A stretch of DNA of 64,000 bases from an uncultured Lachnospiraceae bacterium (GTDB lineage Bacteria; Bacillota; Clostridia; Lachnospirales; Lachnospiraceae): contig CANQSN010000004.1 of the NCBI GenBank assembly GCA_947626505.1, positions 3,980 through 67,979 of the forward strand. Direction: 5' to 3'. A program made the position numbers and the translations under genes. Position 1 is the stretch's first letter. Each line of letters starts with the position of its first letter. A model generated the notes under the pieces. That model saw only the letters and a program-made list of their open reading frames with translations, was not told the DNA's origin and did not search any database. Positions 9,951 to 19,542 of the stretch are shown piece by piece.

Positions 9951-12900
9951 TTAAAATCCGGCATTAAGTACATTTCTTTCAATTTTATTGTTATTTAATA
10001 TAAAATTGGTACTTCCGTTTATAATCCGTATCTGTTGTTCATCTGTGCGGATATCTACAAAATCATGATTTTTAACGCTGCTTTCCAAATCACAATTTAT
10101 AGCGGTAATCTTGGCAGTACTGTTATCATTTCCCATCGCATAGGTGTGGTTTCCGTTGCAATCCACCTTTACTGTTGCCTGATTTATTAAGATTTCCATA
10201 TCGTCTGCTTTGTGGCTGCCAATGGCGTATCCTGCCACAGAACGGATATCAAACGATATATTTAATTTATGTAAGTTTACCTTGCATTGCTGCCCTCCAA
10301 GAGTTCCCAAAGCAATAACGTCGTCGCAGCTTGCATTGGCAGAAAGCTTGATTAGTCCGTTTTCAATCGATATGATAGCAGTCTGATTAAATGAGCCTAT
10401 AAGGCAACTGCGCCCTACAGCGGCAAAAACCTCCAAATCGCACCGCTCAATTGAAATGTTAGCAGGGCTGACAAACGAGCCTATTCCGACTGATTCCTGC
10501 GCACACAATTCAATGCGGTACCAGCCTTTATGTATAGCAATCTCTCCGCCCCTTCCGGAGCCGATTGCAATTCCTTTCATTCCTTTTGTTCTAATGGTAA
10601 TGCCGCCATCTTGATTAAAGTTAAGAGGTCCATGATAGCTTTCCAAAGTATTACCAATACCGTAATGTCTGCTTGTGCCAACTTCAATAAGCAGATTGCC
10701 GTCTCCCTCAAAGGTCAGAGAGGAGGTTTCAGGCACGCGTATTCCGCCGGACAATAAGCTGTTATCTCCCTTTAATATAATGGTTAATGAAACATTTTCA
10801 GCAAGGTCAATACAGGGAACGCCCTTTTCTCCTAAAAAGCTTGCATTGTCCAAAACCAATACTCCTCTGTAGCCCTCCTCAAACCAAATCTTGGCGTTAA
10901 AATCAAAGCCTGTAGCGCCAAACAATTTTATAGGTTCGTTTGAACTTGCGCTTTTCTTTACATGAAGCTCAGTATATTTTTTTAATGCCAGTTGCACAAG
11001 GGAAACAGAGTCGGGCTGTTCTATAACATAGCGTTTTTTAATAGCGTTACCTTGAACGCTCTGGCTGTGTTGTACGATTTCATTGCGAATCTGGTGGTCG
11101 ATGGATTGTATCGGTTCAGCCTGAGGGCGCGCGGTATAATATCCCTGTATTAAATCAGCGCCCAAACGTATAACTTCTTTTAATTCCTCTGAGGTTTCAA
11201 TTCCCTCAGCTAAAGCCATAATATCGTTATCATGCGCAAACTCAATAATATCTTTTACAAAATGCTGTTTTTGCGGATTATCCTGAATCTCTGTCATAAG
11301 CATTCTGTCAATCTTAACATATTTTGGCATATAGCGGAGCAGGTTATTGATATTTGAATATCCTGAACCGTAATCGTCAAGGGCAGTTTCAATCTTTAAC
11401 TGCGCATATTGTTCTTTTATATCATCAAGCTGGTTGTCGTCAAGCTCCTCCTGCTCTGTCAGCTCGATTACAACTCTGCCATCCTGATGGAACAACCGCT
11501 GGTTAAGGGCAAATTCATCTTCCTTAGAAAGCTGTGTTCCCGGAATGCTGTTTATAAAAACTTTTTTATTTATGAATTTGTTTTCGTTATCTTCTATATA
11601 TTGAAGTACATTAAAAAATGTAGCCTTTTCCACATCATAAAGCCGCTCCAACCTCCTTGCGCTGTCTAAAATAGCAAGAGGCGAAACGCGCTGTTCTACA
11701 TTGGCGCGCATCAGCGCTTCATAAGAATAAATCTCGCCAGTGTGGGCGTCCACAATAGGCTGAAAATGATATGTGAAGCTGTTATTGTTTAAAATGCTCT
11801 CAACAAGCGAATCCTGTTCCAAATCTTCTTTGGAGAGATTCTCCTGTTTTGCTTTAAGCTTCTGCTCCGCTATCTTTTTGCGGTTCTTGGAGCTGACAAC
11901 GTCGTTTATCATCTGCTCTAAGGACTTAAGCTCCTTTATTAAAACATGACTGCTGTCGTAACATGCAGAAATCGTAAATGAATTATCGTCGTTCGCATTG
12001 TTAAATAACTCTACGTTAGCAAGCATGGTTTTAATAAATTCATCTCCCCTGCTGAGCTTGTCAGGCTCTACAATGAAGCCTACGATAAAATCGTCGTTAC
12101 CCATGCGCGCGCAGATTTCTCCGGGTACAGTAGATTCCTGAATACATTGCGAAAGCGTACAGATAGCCCGATTTCCTTCGTCCCTGCCATAACGGGCGTT
12201 TATATCTCTTAAAGCGCTCAAATCAACAGAGACAAGAAGCAGAGCTTTATTTTCCTGTTCAGAATAAGATATAGCCTCCTGAATCTGATTTAGGAAGCCG
12301 CGGTAATTGTATAAACCGGTCAGACCGTCACGAATCTGGGTGGCTTCCATTTTAGCAAGAGTTGCCCTAAGCATCTCCTGTCGCTGGAATGTCTCAATTC
12401 CTTCCATTACCCTTCTTGTCCACAGACGGTAACATTCGTCTATTACTGTTGTCTTGTTGCCATAGCTTATTGCAGTATATCCAAAGCTTCTGTCATCAAA
12501 AAATAACGGCATAAAAAAATAAGCCCTCGGAGTGTCATGTTCTTGTTGAAGCTCAGGAAGCAGTTGCTTTAATGGAAATGTAGCTTCAAAATCGAGGGTA
12601 TTACCGGTTTCCTCATCTCTTCCGCAGTGTATAATATGGCGCATGGTAGGAGTGTATCCTTTTCTGATAGCAGCAGACGCCATAATTTCTTCAGGCTGAT
12701 TCCAGTTGTTATTAAGGCAGATATCAAACGATTCAAAATCACGAATCTGATATATATATTGATATACCATGCTGAAAAAGTCCTGAAAATTATTCTGTGA
12801 TAATAAATCCGCCATAATATGGTTATGTATGGAATAAATGCCCACTGTGGAAATATCCGTAGACCAGTGCTTTCTTCTGGCTGGCGTCGAAATGTTAGTG

Positions 12901-13769
12901 CTATAATTATTACAGCCGCAGGTACCTCCGATAAATTCCTCCGCATCTGCCTTAAACGGAGGCAGGGTTTCACCTCTAAAAAAAGCGGCAATATAATTAG
13001 CGCAATATATTCCGCATTGTTTTGCAGGAATAATAGCAGAGGTAATTGGAACGGGGCTTAAACGACCGTCCTCAAAGGAATCATATCCTATTACTGCAAT
13101 ATCTTCAGGAATGCGGATTCCGTTTTTGGTAAGAGAATCACAAACGCCAATTGCCATACAATCATTTGCACATACAATCGCCTCCGGCAGTTTGTTTCGC
13201 TGGTTAATCAGATATTCAACCATAGAGTCTCCGCTTGTATACCAGTAATCGCCTTCAAATATGTTTCTGTCAAGAACAGGAAGGTCGTGGGCGGTCATAC
13301 TGTCGATATATCCCAAAAGCCGTTGCTTGGAGTGAATATGTTCTTTTATTCCATTGAGAAATACAATGTCCTTAAAGCCATGATGCTCAATCAGATGGTC
13401 TACTAAATGAGCTACAGGAGTACGGTGATCCATCATAATAGAAGGAAAATACTTGCTTTCTGAATCTATAACTACAACAGGACCGTTATAGAAATTATGC
13501 AGGTGGTTCTGTATGGACTCTTTCATGCCTTTGCCCTGTAAAATATCTAAAAGAAGTACAATGGCGTCCAAATTGGCATAATCAACAAGACGGTAAATAT
13601 TGAAATCTCCCTGTTCTCTTAGAGGGGTATCCTGATATTTTTGGTGCATAGAAAAAACAAGGACATCATAATCTAAAGAAAATGCTGTCTCTAAAAAGCC
13701 TTCGATAAAATTATGCTGTGTATTTTCTTCTAATTGTGCGGCAATAATGCCAATCGTTTTTCGTTTCAT
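9951..13769 (-). CDS. LacI-type ligand-binding domain + degenerate GGDEF + EAL phosphodiesterase + C-terminal beta-rich domain
   Basis: PEAIVCAND..A.G and IPEDIAVIGYD; DGLTGLYN with RMGNDDF; YEALMR, DDYGSGYS, AEGIET, IQGYY. Confidence 0.85.
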   Translation of the reverse strand: MKRKTIGIIAAQLEENTQHNFIEGFLETAFSLDYDVLVFSMHQKYQDTPLREQGDFNIYRLVDYANLDAIVLLLDILQGKGMKESIQNHLHNFYNGPVVVIDSESKYFPSIMMDHRTPVAHLVDHLIEHHGFKDIVFLNGIKEHIHSKQRLLGYIDSMTAHDLPVLDRNIFEGDYWYTSGDSMVEYLINQRNKLPEAIVCANDCMAIGVCDSLTKNGIRIPEDIAVIGYDSFEDGRLSPVPITSAIIPAKQCGIYCANYIAAFFRGETLPPFKADAEEFIGGTCGCNNYSTNISTPARRKHWSTDISTVGIYSIHNHIMADLLSQNNFQDFFSMVYQYIYQIRDFESFDICLNNNWNQPEEIMASAAIRKGYTPTMRHIIHCGRDEETGNTLDFEATFPLKQLLPELQQEHDTPRAYFFMPLFFDDRSFGYTAISYGNKTTVIDECYRLWTRRVMEGIETFQRQEMLRATLAKMEATQIRDGLTGLYNYRGFLNQIQEAISYSEQENKALLLVSVDLSALRDINARYGRDEGNRAICTLSQCIQESTVPGEICARMGNDDFIVGFIVEPDKLSRGDEFIKTMLANVELFNNANDDNSFTISACYDSSHVLIKELKSLEQMINDVVSSKNRKKIAEQKLKAKQENLSKEDLEQDSLVESILNNNSFTYHFQPIVDAHTGEIYSYEALMRANVEQRVSPLAILDSARRLERLYDVEKATFFNVLQYIEDNENKFINKKVFINSIPGTQLSKEDEFALNQRLFHQDGRVVIELTEQEELDDNQLDDIKEQYAQLKIETALDDYGSGYSNINNLLRYMPKYVKIDRMLMTEIQDNPQKQHFVKDIIEFAHDNDIMALAEGIETSEELKEVIRLGADLIQGYYTARPQAEPIQSIDHQIRNEIVQHSQSVQGNAIKKRYVIEQPDSVSLVQLALKKYTELHVKKSASSNEPIKLFGATGFDFNAKIWFEEGYRGVLVLDNASFLGEKGVPCIDLAENVSLTIILKGDNSLLSGGIRVPETSSLTFEGDGNLLIEVGTSRHYGIGNTLESYHGPLNFNQDGGITIRTKGMKGIAIGSGRGGEIAIHKGWYRIELCAQESVGIGSFVSPANISIERCDLEVFAAVGRSCLIGSFNQTAIISIENGLIKLSANASCDDVIALGTLGGQQCKVNLHKLNISFDIRSVAGYAIGSHKADDMEILINQATVKVDCNGNHTYAMGNDNSTAKITAINCDLESSVKNHDFVDIRTDEQQIRIINGSTNFILNNNKIERNVLNAGF

Positions 13770-13954
13770 AGGATATCCTCATCTTACATGTATATAAATA
13801 CGGTTCTAAGTTACAATTTTATGTCTTATAACGATTTCTTAATGCAGTTTATAGAAAACAAAATAATCTAGTATAATTATAAGATTAAACAGTGTTTGTG
13901 TCAACGGTTTTTAAAGTTTTTATAGGCAATTTGCGTTATAAAAAATGCTATTGT

Positions 13955-13982
13955 GAATAACGGTTTTATTGCCGCATAAAAT
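13955..13982 (+). promoter_or_regulatory. Sigma-E-like sporulation promoter for spmB
   Basis: gaata-N15-cataaaat. Confidence 0.5.
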
Positions 13983-13991
13983 GAAACGGGG

Positions 13992-14558
13992 GTGAGATTT
14001 ATGGTTGTTGCAATATCTGATTTTATATTGCCTGCAATAATTTTTTATGTGATTGCAACGGGAGTAATAAACAAGGTAAATGTATATGAAGTGTTTTTGG
14101 AGGGAGTAAAGGAAGGTTTTGATATTGTTGTCCGTATACTTCCTACTCTTGTTGCTCTTTTGGTAAGTACGGGAGTGTTTCGCGCCAGTGGAATTTTTGA
14201 TACGATTGAGGAGGGAATCGGCATTTTGCTTAAGTCCCATTTGACAAATGAAGGATATATTATGATGGGCGATTTTGCCCTGCCCTTATCTGTTATACCG
14301 GTTTTCATTATCAGAATTTTTTCTTCATCGGCGGCTACGGGGCTGCTGCTGGATTTATTTAAAGAATTTGGAGCGGAATCTCTTGCGGGAGTTATGGCGG
14401 CCATAAGTTTAAGCTGTACAGAAGCTGTGCTTTATTGCCTGTCTGTCTATTTTGGCGCGGTTGGTATTACTAAGGTGCGGTGGACGTTAAAGGGAGCGCT
14501 GATTGCTACCTTTGCGGGAATTCTGGCTTCAGTAGCGCTGGCTAATTTGTGGGTATAG
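13992..14558 (+). CDS. spmB: Spore maturation protein B
   Basis: VYEVFLEGVKEGF, RIFSSSAATG, TEAVLY..SVYFGAVGI. Confidence 0.9.
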   Translation: MRFMVVAISDFILPAIIFYVIATGVINKVNVYEVFLEGVKEGFDIVVRILPTLVALLVSTGVFRASGIFDTIEEGIGILLKSHLTNEGYIMMGDFALPLSVIPVFIIRIFSSSAATGLLLDLFKEFGAESLAGVMAAISLSCTEAVLYCLSVYFGAVGITKVRWTLKGALIATFAGILASVALANLWV

Positions 14559-14566
14559 TAATATTA

Positions 14567-14619
14567 TTTTGTCAACATGTAAAATATATTTGACAAAACA
14601 TATGGCAGTGGTGTATATT
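14567..14619 (+). promoter_or_regulatory. Sigma-A promoter overlapped by an inverted-repeat operator
   Basis: TTGACA 14590-14595, TATATT 14614-14619; inverted repeat ttttgtcaa...ttgacaaaa; XRE gene lies in the operon. Confidence 0.55.
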
Positions 14620-14652
14620 TAACAAAATATGTCTGACAAAAGGAGGAAAGCC

Positions 14653-15621
14653 ATGAAGTTAGAGGTTAAAAATATTACTAAGACATTTGGCGAAAAAGAA
14701 GTTTTAAAAGGGATTTCATTTTCCGTAGAGAGCGGCAAGGCGCTGGGATTGCTCGGAAGGAATGGAGCGGGTAAGACAACTACTATAAGAATTTTGATGG
14801 ATGTGTTTCGTGCTAATCAAGGAGAGGTATTGCTTGATGGCGAGAAGTTTGATATAAGAAGGGTGCAGATTGGATACCTTCCTGAGGAGCGCGGCTTATA
14901 TCCGAAAAGAGCGATTCTTGAGCAGATGGTGTATTTGGCAAGACTTAGGGGACTTAATAAGAAGGAGGCGGCGGACAATGCCAGAAAATGGTTAAAGAGG
15001 CTTGGCGTAGAGCAGTATGAGAAAGTATTGCTGGAAACATTATCAAAGGGAAACCAGCAGAAGGTGCAGCTTGCATCTACTCTAGTATGCAATCCTGATA
15101 TTGTGATTTTAGACGAGCCTTTTAGCGGTCTGGACCCTGTAAATTCACAGATTCTTCAGGATGTGGTGTCAGAGCTTATTGAAGACGGAAAACTTGTGAT
15201 TTTTTCCAGCCACCAGATGAGTTATGTGGAACAGTTTTGTGAAGATATTGCTATTATCCATCATGGAGAGATTATATTAGATGGCAATCTAACATCTATA
15301 AAAGAGGAGTTTGGGAAGAACCAGCTTGTAGTCAGCGACCGTCGTTTGGAGAAGGAGGCGTTTGCAGGGCTGCTTAGCGAGAGGCTTAATTCTCTGGCGG
15401 AAGTAACAGGCAGCTCAAAGGAGGATACGATTGTAAGGCTTAAGGAGGGGGTTGACAGAAATGCATTTTTAAAAGCCCTTATCGAGCTTGACAATGTAGA
15501 GCTTGAGCATTTTGAAACTTATAAACCGTCGCTGAATGATATTTTTATTAAAGTGGAAACAGATGTAAGCGGAGTGGATGAAGCGGATAAAACGGAAGAA
15601 GTTGCTAAGGAGGTAGAGTAA
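14653..15621 (+). CDS. ABC transporter ATP-binding protein (YhaQ/NatA-like)
   Basis: GRNGAGKTT, GYLPEERGLY, LSKGNQQK, DEPFSGLDP, SSH. Confidence 0.9.
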   Translation: MKLEVKNITKTFGEKEVLKGISFSVESGKALGLLGRNGAGKTTTIRILMDVFRANQGEVLLDGEKFDIRRVQIGYLPEERGLYPKRAILEQMVYLARLRGLNKKEAADNARKWLKRLGVEQYEKVLLETLSKGNQQKVQLASTLVCNPDIVILDEPFSGLDPVNSQILQDVVSELIEDGKLVIFSSHQMSYVEQFCEDIAIIHHGEIILDGNLTSIKEEFGKNQLVVSDRRLEKEAFAGLLSERLNSLAEVTGSSKEDTIVRLKEGVDRNAFLKALIELDNVELEHFETYKPSLNDIFIKVETDVSGVDEADKTEEVAKEVE

Positions 15622-16875
15622 ATGAAACGTTTATGGACTGTTTTTGAATTTGAGCTGTTTAGCTACATAAAGAATAAGTCGTTTATAATTACAACAGCGC
15701 TTATTTGCCTTATAATCGGTTTGGGTATGTTTGCCCCAAGGGTGTTTGATATGTCGGATTTGCTGGGGACTGAAAGCTTAAAGGAGAAAGAGGGGGATTC
15801 GGGCGAGGACGCAAAAGAGCAGGCGTTGGGAATATATGATGAGAGTGGATATTTTAAGGATACCAAGCTTCTTTCGGACGTATTTAAGGACGCAGATATA
15901 AAGAGCTATGACTCGGCAAAGGCGTTGGAAAAGGCGGTAAAGAAGGAAGATATTAAGGCAGGGTTTTATGTGATTGATGATTTGCATTATAATTATTACG
16001 TTATTAACCGTAATATGATGGATGAAAGCACCTATATGTTTAATGAGGTTTTATCAACTATACATAAACAGGCATACTGCGTTGAACAGAACATTGATTA
16101 TGATGAATTTTCAAAGGAATATGAAGCGCCGGTAGAATGTAAAGAGAAGATTTTAGGGAAGGACGCAGCAGACAGTTATTGGTATTGCTATGCATTGGTA
16201 ATTATTATTTTTATGGTAATTGTCATATATGGCGGTATGATTGCAACTGCGGTCACAACGGAGAAGAGCAACCGTTCCATTGAGGTGCTTGTTACAAGTA
16301 TAGACTCCAAATATCTTTTGTTTGGCAAGGTTTTTGCCGGCGCTGTGGCAGTCATGTTTCAGATGTCAATGATTCTTGGCTGCGCGCTTATTGGGTATGG
16401 AATTAACCATGAGGCTTGGGGAGACAAGCTTGATATAATACTTGATATTCCGGCTAATGTGCTGGTGGTATTTGCAATATTCGGTATCGGCGGATTTTTG
16501 TTTTATGCATTTCTTTATGGAGCTCTCGGAGCATTGGTTTCAAAGACAGAGGATATTAACAAGTCGTGCGGCAATCTTCAGATGATTATTATGATAGTTT
16601 ATTTTATTGTACTGCTGCAATTAACGAATATTGACGGAATAGCAATCAAGATTTGTTCTTATTTGCCCTTCAGCTCATATTCGGCAATGTTTGCGAGAGT
16701 TGGAATGGGTAAAGTGGCTGCATGGGAGGTTGTGCTTTCCGCTGTAATTTTATATGCCTCAATTTTCTTTGTAGGATGGCTTGGGGCAAAGATTTATCGT
16801 ATGGGTACTCTTAGGTATGGAAACCCGATTAAGTTTACCAATGCGTTAAAGGATATTAAAACGCACGAAAAGTAA
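15622..16875 (+). CDS. ABC-2 family permease (YhaP/NatB-like)
   Basis: EKSNRSIEVLVTS, LLFGKV, several TM helices. Confidence 0.85.
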   Translation: MKRLWTVFEFELFSYIKNKSFIITTALICLIIGLGMFAPRVFDMSDLLGTESLKEKEGDSGEDAKEQALGIYDESGYFKDTKLLSDVFKDADIKSYDSAKALEKAVKKEDIKAGFYVIDDLHYNYYVINRNMMDESTYMFNEVLSTIHKQAYCVEQNIDYDEFSKEYEAPVECKEKILGKDAADSYWYCYALVIIIFMVIVIYGGMIATAVTTEKSNRSIEVLVTSIDSKYLLFGKVFAGAVAVMFQMSMILGCALIGYGINHEAWGDKLDIILDIPANVLVVFAIFGIGGFLFYAFLYGALGALVSKTEDINKSCGNLQMIIMIVYFIVLLQLTNIDGIAIKICSYLPFSSYSAMFARVGMGKVAAWEVVLSAVILYASIFFVGWLGAKIYRMGTLRYGNPIKFTNALKDIKTHEK

Positions 16876-16923
16876 GCTTGCGGTTTTTGTTGGTTTTTGG
16901 TGATTGTAAAGCAGGTGAAGGGC

Positions 16924-17127
16924 ATGAAGAATTTAAAAGTAAAAGCTGCAAGGGCTGCTATGGATTTATCGCAGCAGCAGTTGGCAGAGCTTTGTGGTGT
17001 GTCCCGACAAACTATAAATGCCATCGAGAAGGGGGACTATAATCCCACAATTAAGCTGTGCATTACAATATGCAGGGTTTTAGGCAAGACGTTAGACGAA
17101 TTGTTTTGGGAGGGGGGGGAGGCATAA
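16924..17127 (+). CDS. XRE-family HTH regulator
   Basis: LSQQQLAELCGVSRQTINAIEKGDYNP. Confidence 0.9.
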   Translation: MKNLKVKAARAAMDLSQQQLAELCGVSRQTINAIEKGDYNPTIKLCITICRVLGKTLDELFWEGGEA

Positions 17128-17235
17128 TACGTTCCGCCTTAAGTTAAGCTTTATGCGGTTATTGTGGCGTAAATATAAGTGGTGTGATACAATGATTTAG
17201 ATATATTTATAAAGAAGCGATAGGAGGATTATTAA

Positions 17236-17802
17236 ATGTATGAGAAGTTGAATAAGAAGGCAAGAAGCCTTATGCTGGTGTCAGAAATTATACTCTGTAC
17301 TGTTTTGGCTTTTGTTTTGCTTGCGGTATGGCTTTTGTTAAAGCAGTCGGAGGGCGTAACGGGCTGGGTGAATTTATTGCTTGCTGCGATTGCAGTTTGT
17401 TATGCGGCGGGAATTATTACGCCTTTTATAAGATATGAGCGGTACCGTTATCGGTTTACTGATGAGGAAATTGATGTAAAAGAGGGCGTTTTGTTTGTAA
17501 CAAGAAATGTAGTTCCTATAGAAAGGCTCCATAAGATTTCCATGCATAGCGGTCCGTTAGACCGCATGTTTGGATTGTCTAAGGTGGTTGTGACCACAGC
17601 GGGAGGAGATGTATTGATTCGTTTCTTAGAGCAGCAAAAGGCTGAGGAACTGGTGGGGCATTTGAAAAATCGAATTAATTCATACGCAGTTGAAAGCCGC
17701 CGGATGGAGGCGGAGAAGCGCGCGCAAATGCAGCAGCAGTACAGTCTGCAGAAAGAAGCAGGGCAGGATTTGAAGCAACAAGGTCAAACATCACAGGAAT
17801 AG
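17236..17802 (+). CDS. Bacterial PH-domain membrane protein (YdbS-like)
   Basis: Two TMs, then RYRF, VPIERL, GPLDRMFGL, TTAGG. Confidence 0.8.
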   Translation: MYEKLNKKARSLMLVSEIILCTVLAFVLLAVWLLLKQSEGVTGWVNLLLAAIAVCYAAGIITPFIRYERYRYRFTDEEIDVKEGVLFVTRNVVPIERLHKISMHSGPLDRMFGLSKVVVTTAGGDVLIRFLEQQKAEELVGHLKNRINSYAVESRRMEAEKRAQMQQQYSLQKEAGQDLKQQGQTSQE

Positions 17803-17814
17803 CGAGGATACTTT

Positions 17815-19377
17815 ATGGAAAACAATGGAAAAGAAAATATGGAGCTTGACGAGATAGTTGGGCTTCGTAATCATTTTACATATATATTTGAGGAGATGTG
17901 GGGAATTATTATGGTGGCGGTATTAATGCTGTTTAGCAGCGATGATTCCTTCAAGCTTGCGTATGAATTCCTTAAATCCGGTAATCTTATAGGCGCGCTG
18001 ATGGCGCTTGGAATAACATTTTTGGTTTTGGGACTGGCGTGTTTATGGGTTTTTTTAAGATGGTACAAAACAACTATTACAGTTAAGGACGGGACTGTAA
18101 CAATTGCGAGAAGAACGCTGAACCAGTCGGTCAATTCTATTGCAGTGCAGAATATTTCCAATATAAATATGGAGCAGAACTTTTTTGAGATTATTATGGG
18201 TACTTATAAATTGAAACTGGATACAAACAGTCTTTCCACCGCCGAATCCACAGACGTTAAGATTGTGTTGAAAAAAAGGGACGCTTATGCTGTCAAGAAT
18301 CTTATTATGCGGATGATGAAAGAGATTCAATCGGATGAACAGGGCGATATTTCTAATGAGGGCGTTAATGACATTAATTCAGAGATGCAGCTTGACTTAA
18401 TGGAGGATGTTAAGGAGGACGAATATGATGTAATTTATACTGACAGCGAGATTATAAGAAACTGCATTATTGACACTCCTATCAGCGGTGTGGTTTGGGT
18501 TCTTATATTTATCGCATTGGCTGTGTTTGCAATTGTGGATGGCATAAAAACTGCTTCAGGATTTTTTTCAATTATCACAACTATATTTATTCCGATATTG
18601 TTTGCAGGCTCTATGCTGTCAGCCATTATAAAAGACTGGCTGTCGGATTATAATTTTCGCGCCAGAAGGTTTCAGGATAAGATTTATGTAAGCTGCGGTC
18701 TTTTAAAAAAGAAGAAATATGCAGTGCCGGTAAATAAAATCAATGCTTTAAAGTATTCTTCTACATTTATAGGCAGAATTTTAGGGTATTACAGTGTAAA
18801 GACTATAAACGTGGGAGGGGAAGACGAGGATGTGGATGGCATGAAGCTTTTGCTTGTTGGTAAAGCGTCCGACATTAGAAGCAAGATGGCTTTGCTGCTT
18901 CCGGAATGTCAGATACCGGATATGACGGTATGCAAGAGGCCTCCTAAAAGGACGCTTGTTAAAGCGTATATTACTGCTCTCATATATATATTAATTTTTG
19001 CAGTATCGGTTATGTTTGGAATTGTAATTTTTGCTCCGCTGAATAAAGACGATGCGCTGTGGATTTTGCTTGCTTCAATAGGGCTTTGGCTGTTAGTTGT
19101 TCTTTGGCGCACGCTGTTTTATTTTGCTTCGGGATTTAATACAGATGGGAAGGAGGTTTTCATTTCAAGAGGGACATTTGGCAAAGAGTTAGTTCAGATT
19201 CCTTATGAAAAGATACAATATATATCAATAAGGCAGGGGCCGGTTGAGAGAAGGCTTAAGCTTGCCAGGGGCGTAATTACCATTCTTGCAAGTGTGGCAA
19301 GCAGGATTCAGAATATTGCCGCTTTTGATGTTGAAGATTATGATATATTAATGGAAAAATTTGAGAAGACATTTTAA
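17815..19377 (+). CDS. Bacterial PH-domain membrane protein (YdbT-like)
   Basis: Three TM-pair/PH units; IPYEKIQ...QGP; paired with the YdbS-like gene. Confidence 0.78.
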   Translation: MENNGKENMELDEIVGLRNHFTYIFEEMWGIIMVAVLMLFSSDDSFKLAYEFLKSGNLIGALMALGITFLVLGLACLWVFLRWYKTTITVKDGTVTIARRTLNQSVNSIAVQNISNINMEQNFFEIIMGTYKLKLDTNSLSTAESTDVKIVLKKRDAYAVKNLIMRMMKEIQSDEQGDISNEGVNDINSEMQLDLMEDVKEDEYDVIYTDSEIIRNCIIDTPISGVVWVLIFIALAVFAIVDGIKTASGFFSIITTIFIPILFAGSMLSAIIKDWLSDYNFRARRFQDKIYVSCGLLKKKKYAVPVNKINALKYSSTFIGRILGYYSVKTINVGGEDEDVDGMKLLLVGKASDIRSKMALLLPECQIPDMTVCKRPPKRTLVKAYITALIYILIFAVSVMFGIVIFAPLNKDDALWILLASIGLWLLVVLWRTLFYFASGFNTDGKEVFISRGTFGKELVQIPYEKIQYISIRQGPVERRLKLARGVITILASVASRIQNIAAFDVEDYDILMEKFEKTF

Positions 19378-19458
19378 TTTTTAGCGTTTTTAATAAAAAC
19401 ACTTGAGAAAAGTCAGGATTTTTGATATTCTTAGACAAAGGGAGATTTGAAGATAAAC

Positions 19459-19485
19459 AAAAGGTCTGGTTATATATGTCGTTAA
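19459..19485 (+). promoter_or_regulatory. Possible sigma-D promoter of the chemoreceptor gene
   Basis: aaaa-N15-gtcgttaa, an imperfect match to TAAA-N15-GCCGATAA. Confidence 0.3.
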
Positions 19486-19542
19486 GAAGTATAACTTGTA
19501 ATAGAACAGCATCAAGGTATTAACAACCGGGAGGTAACGCTT

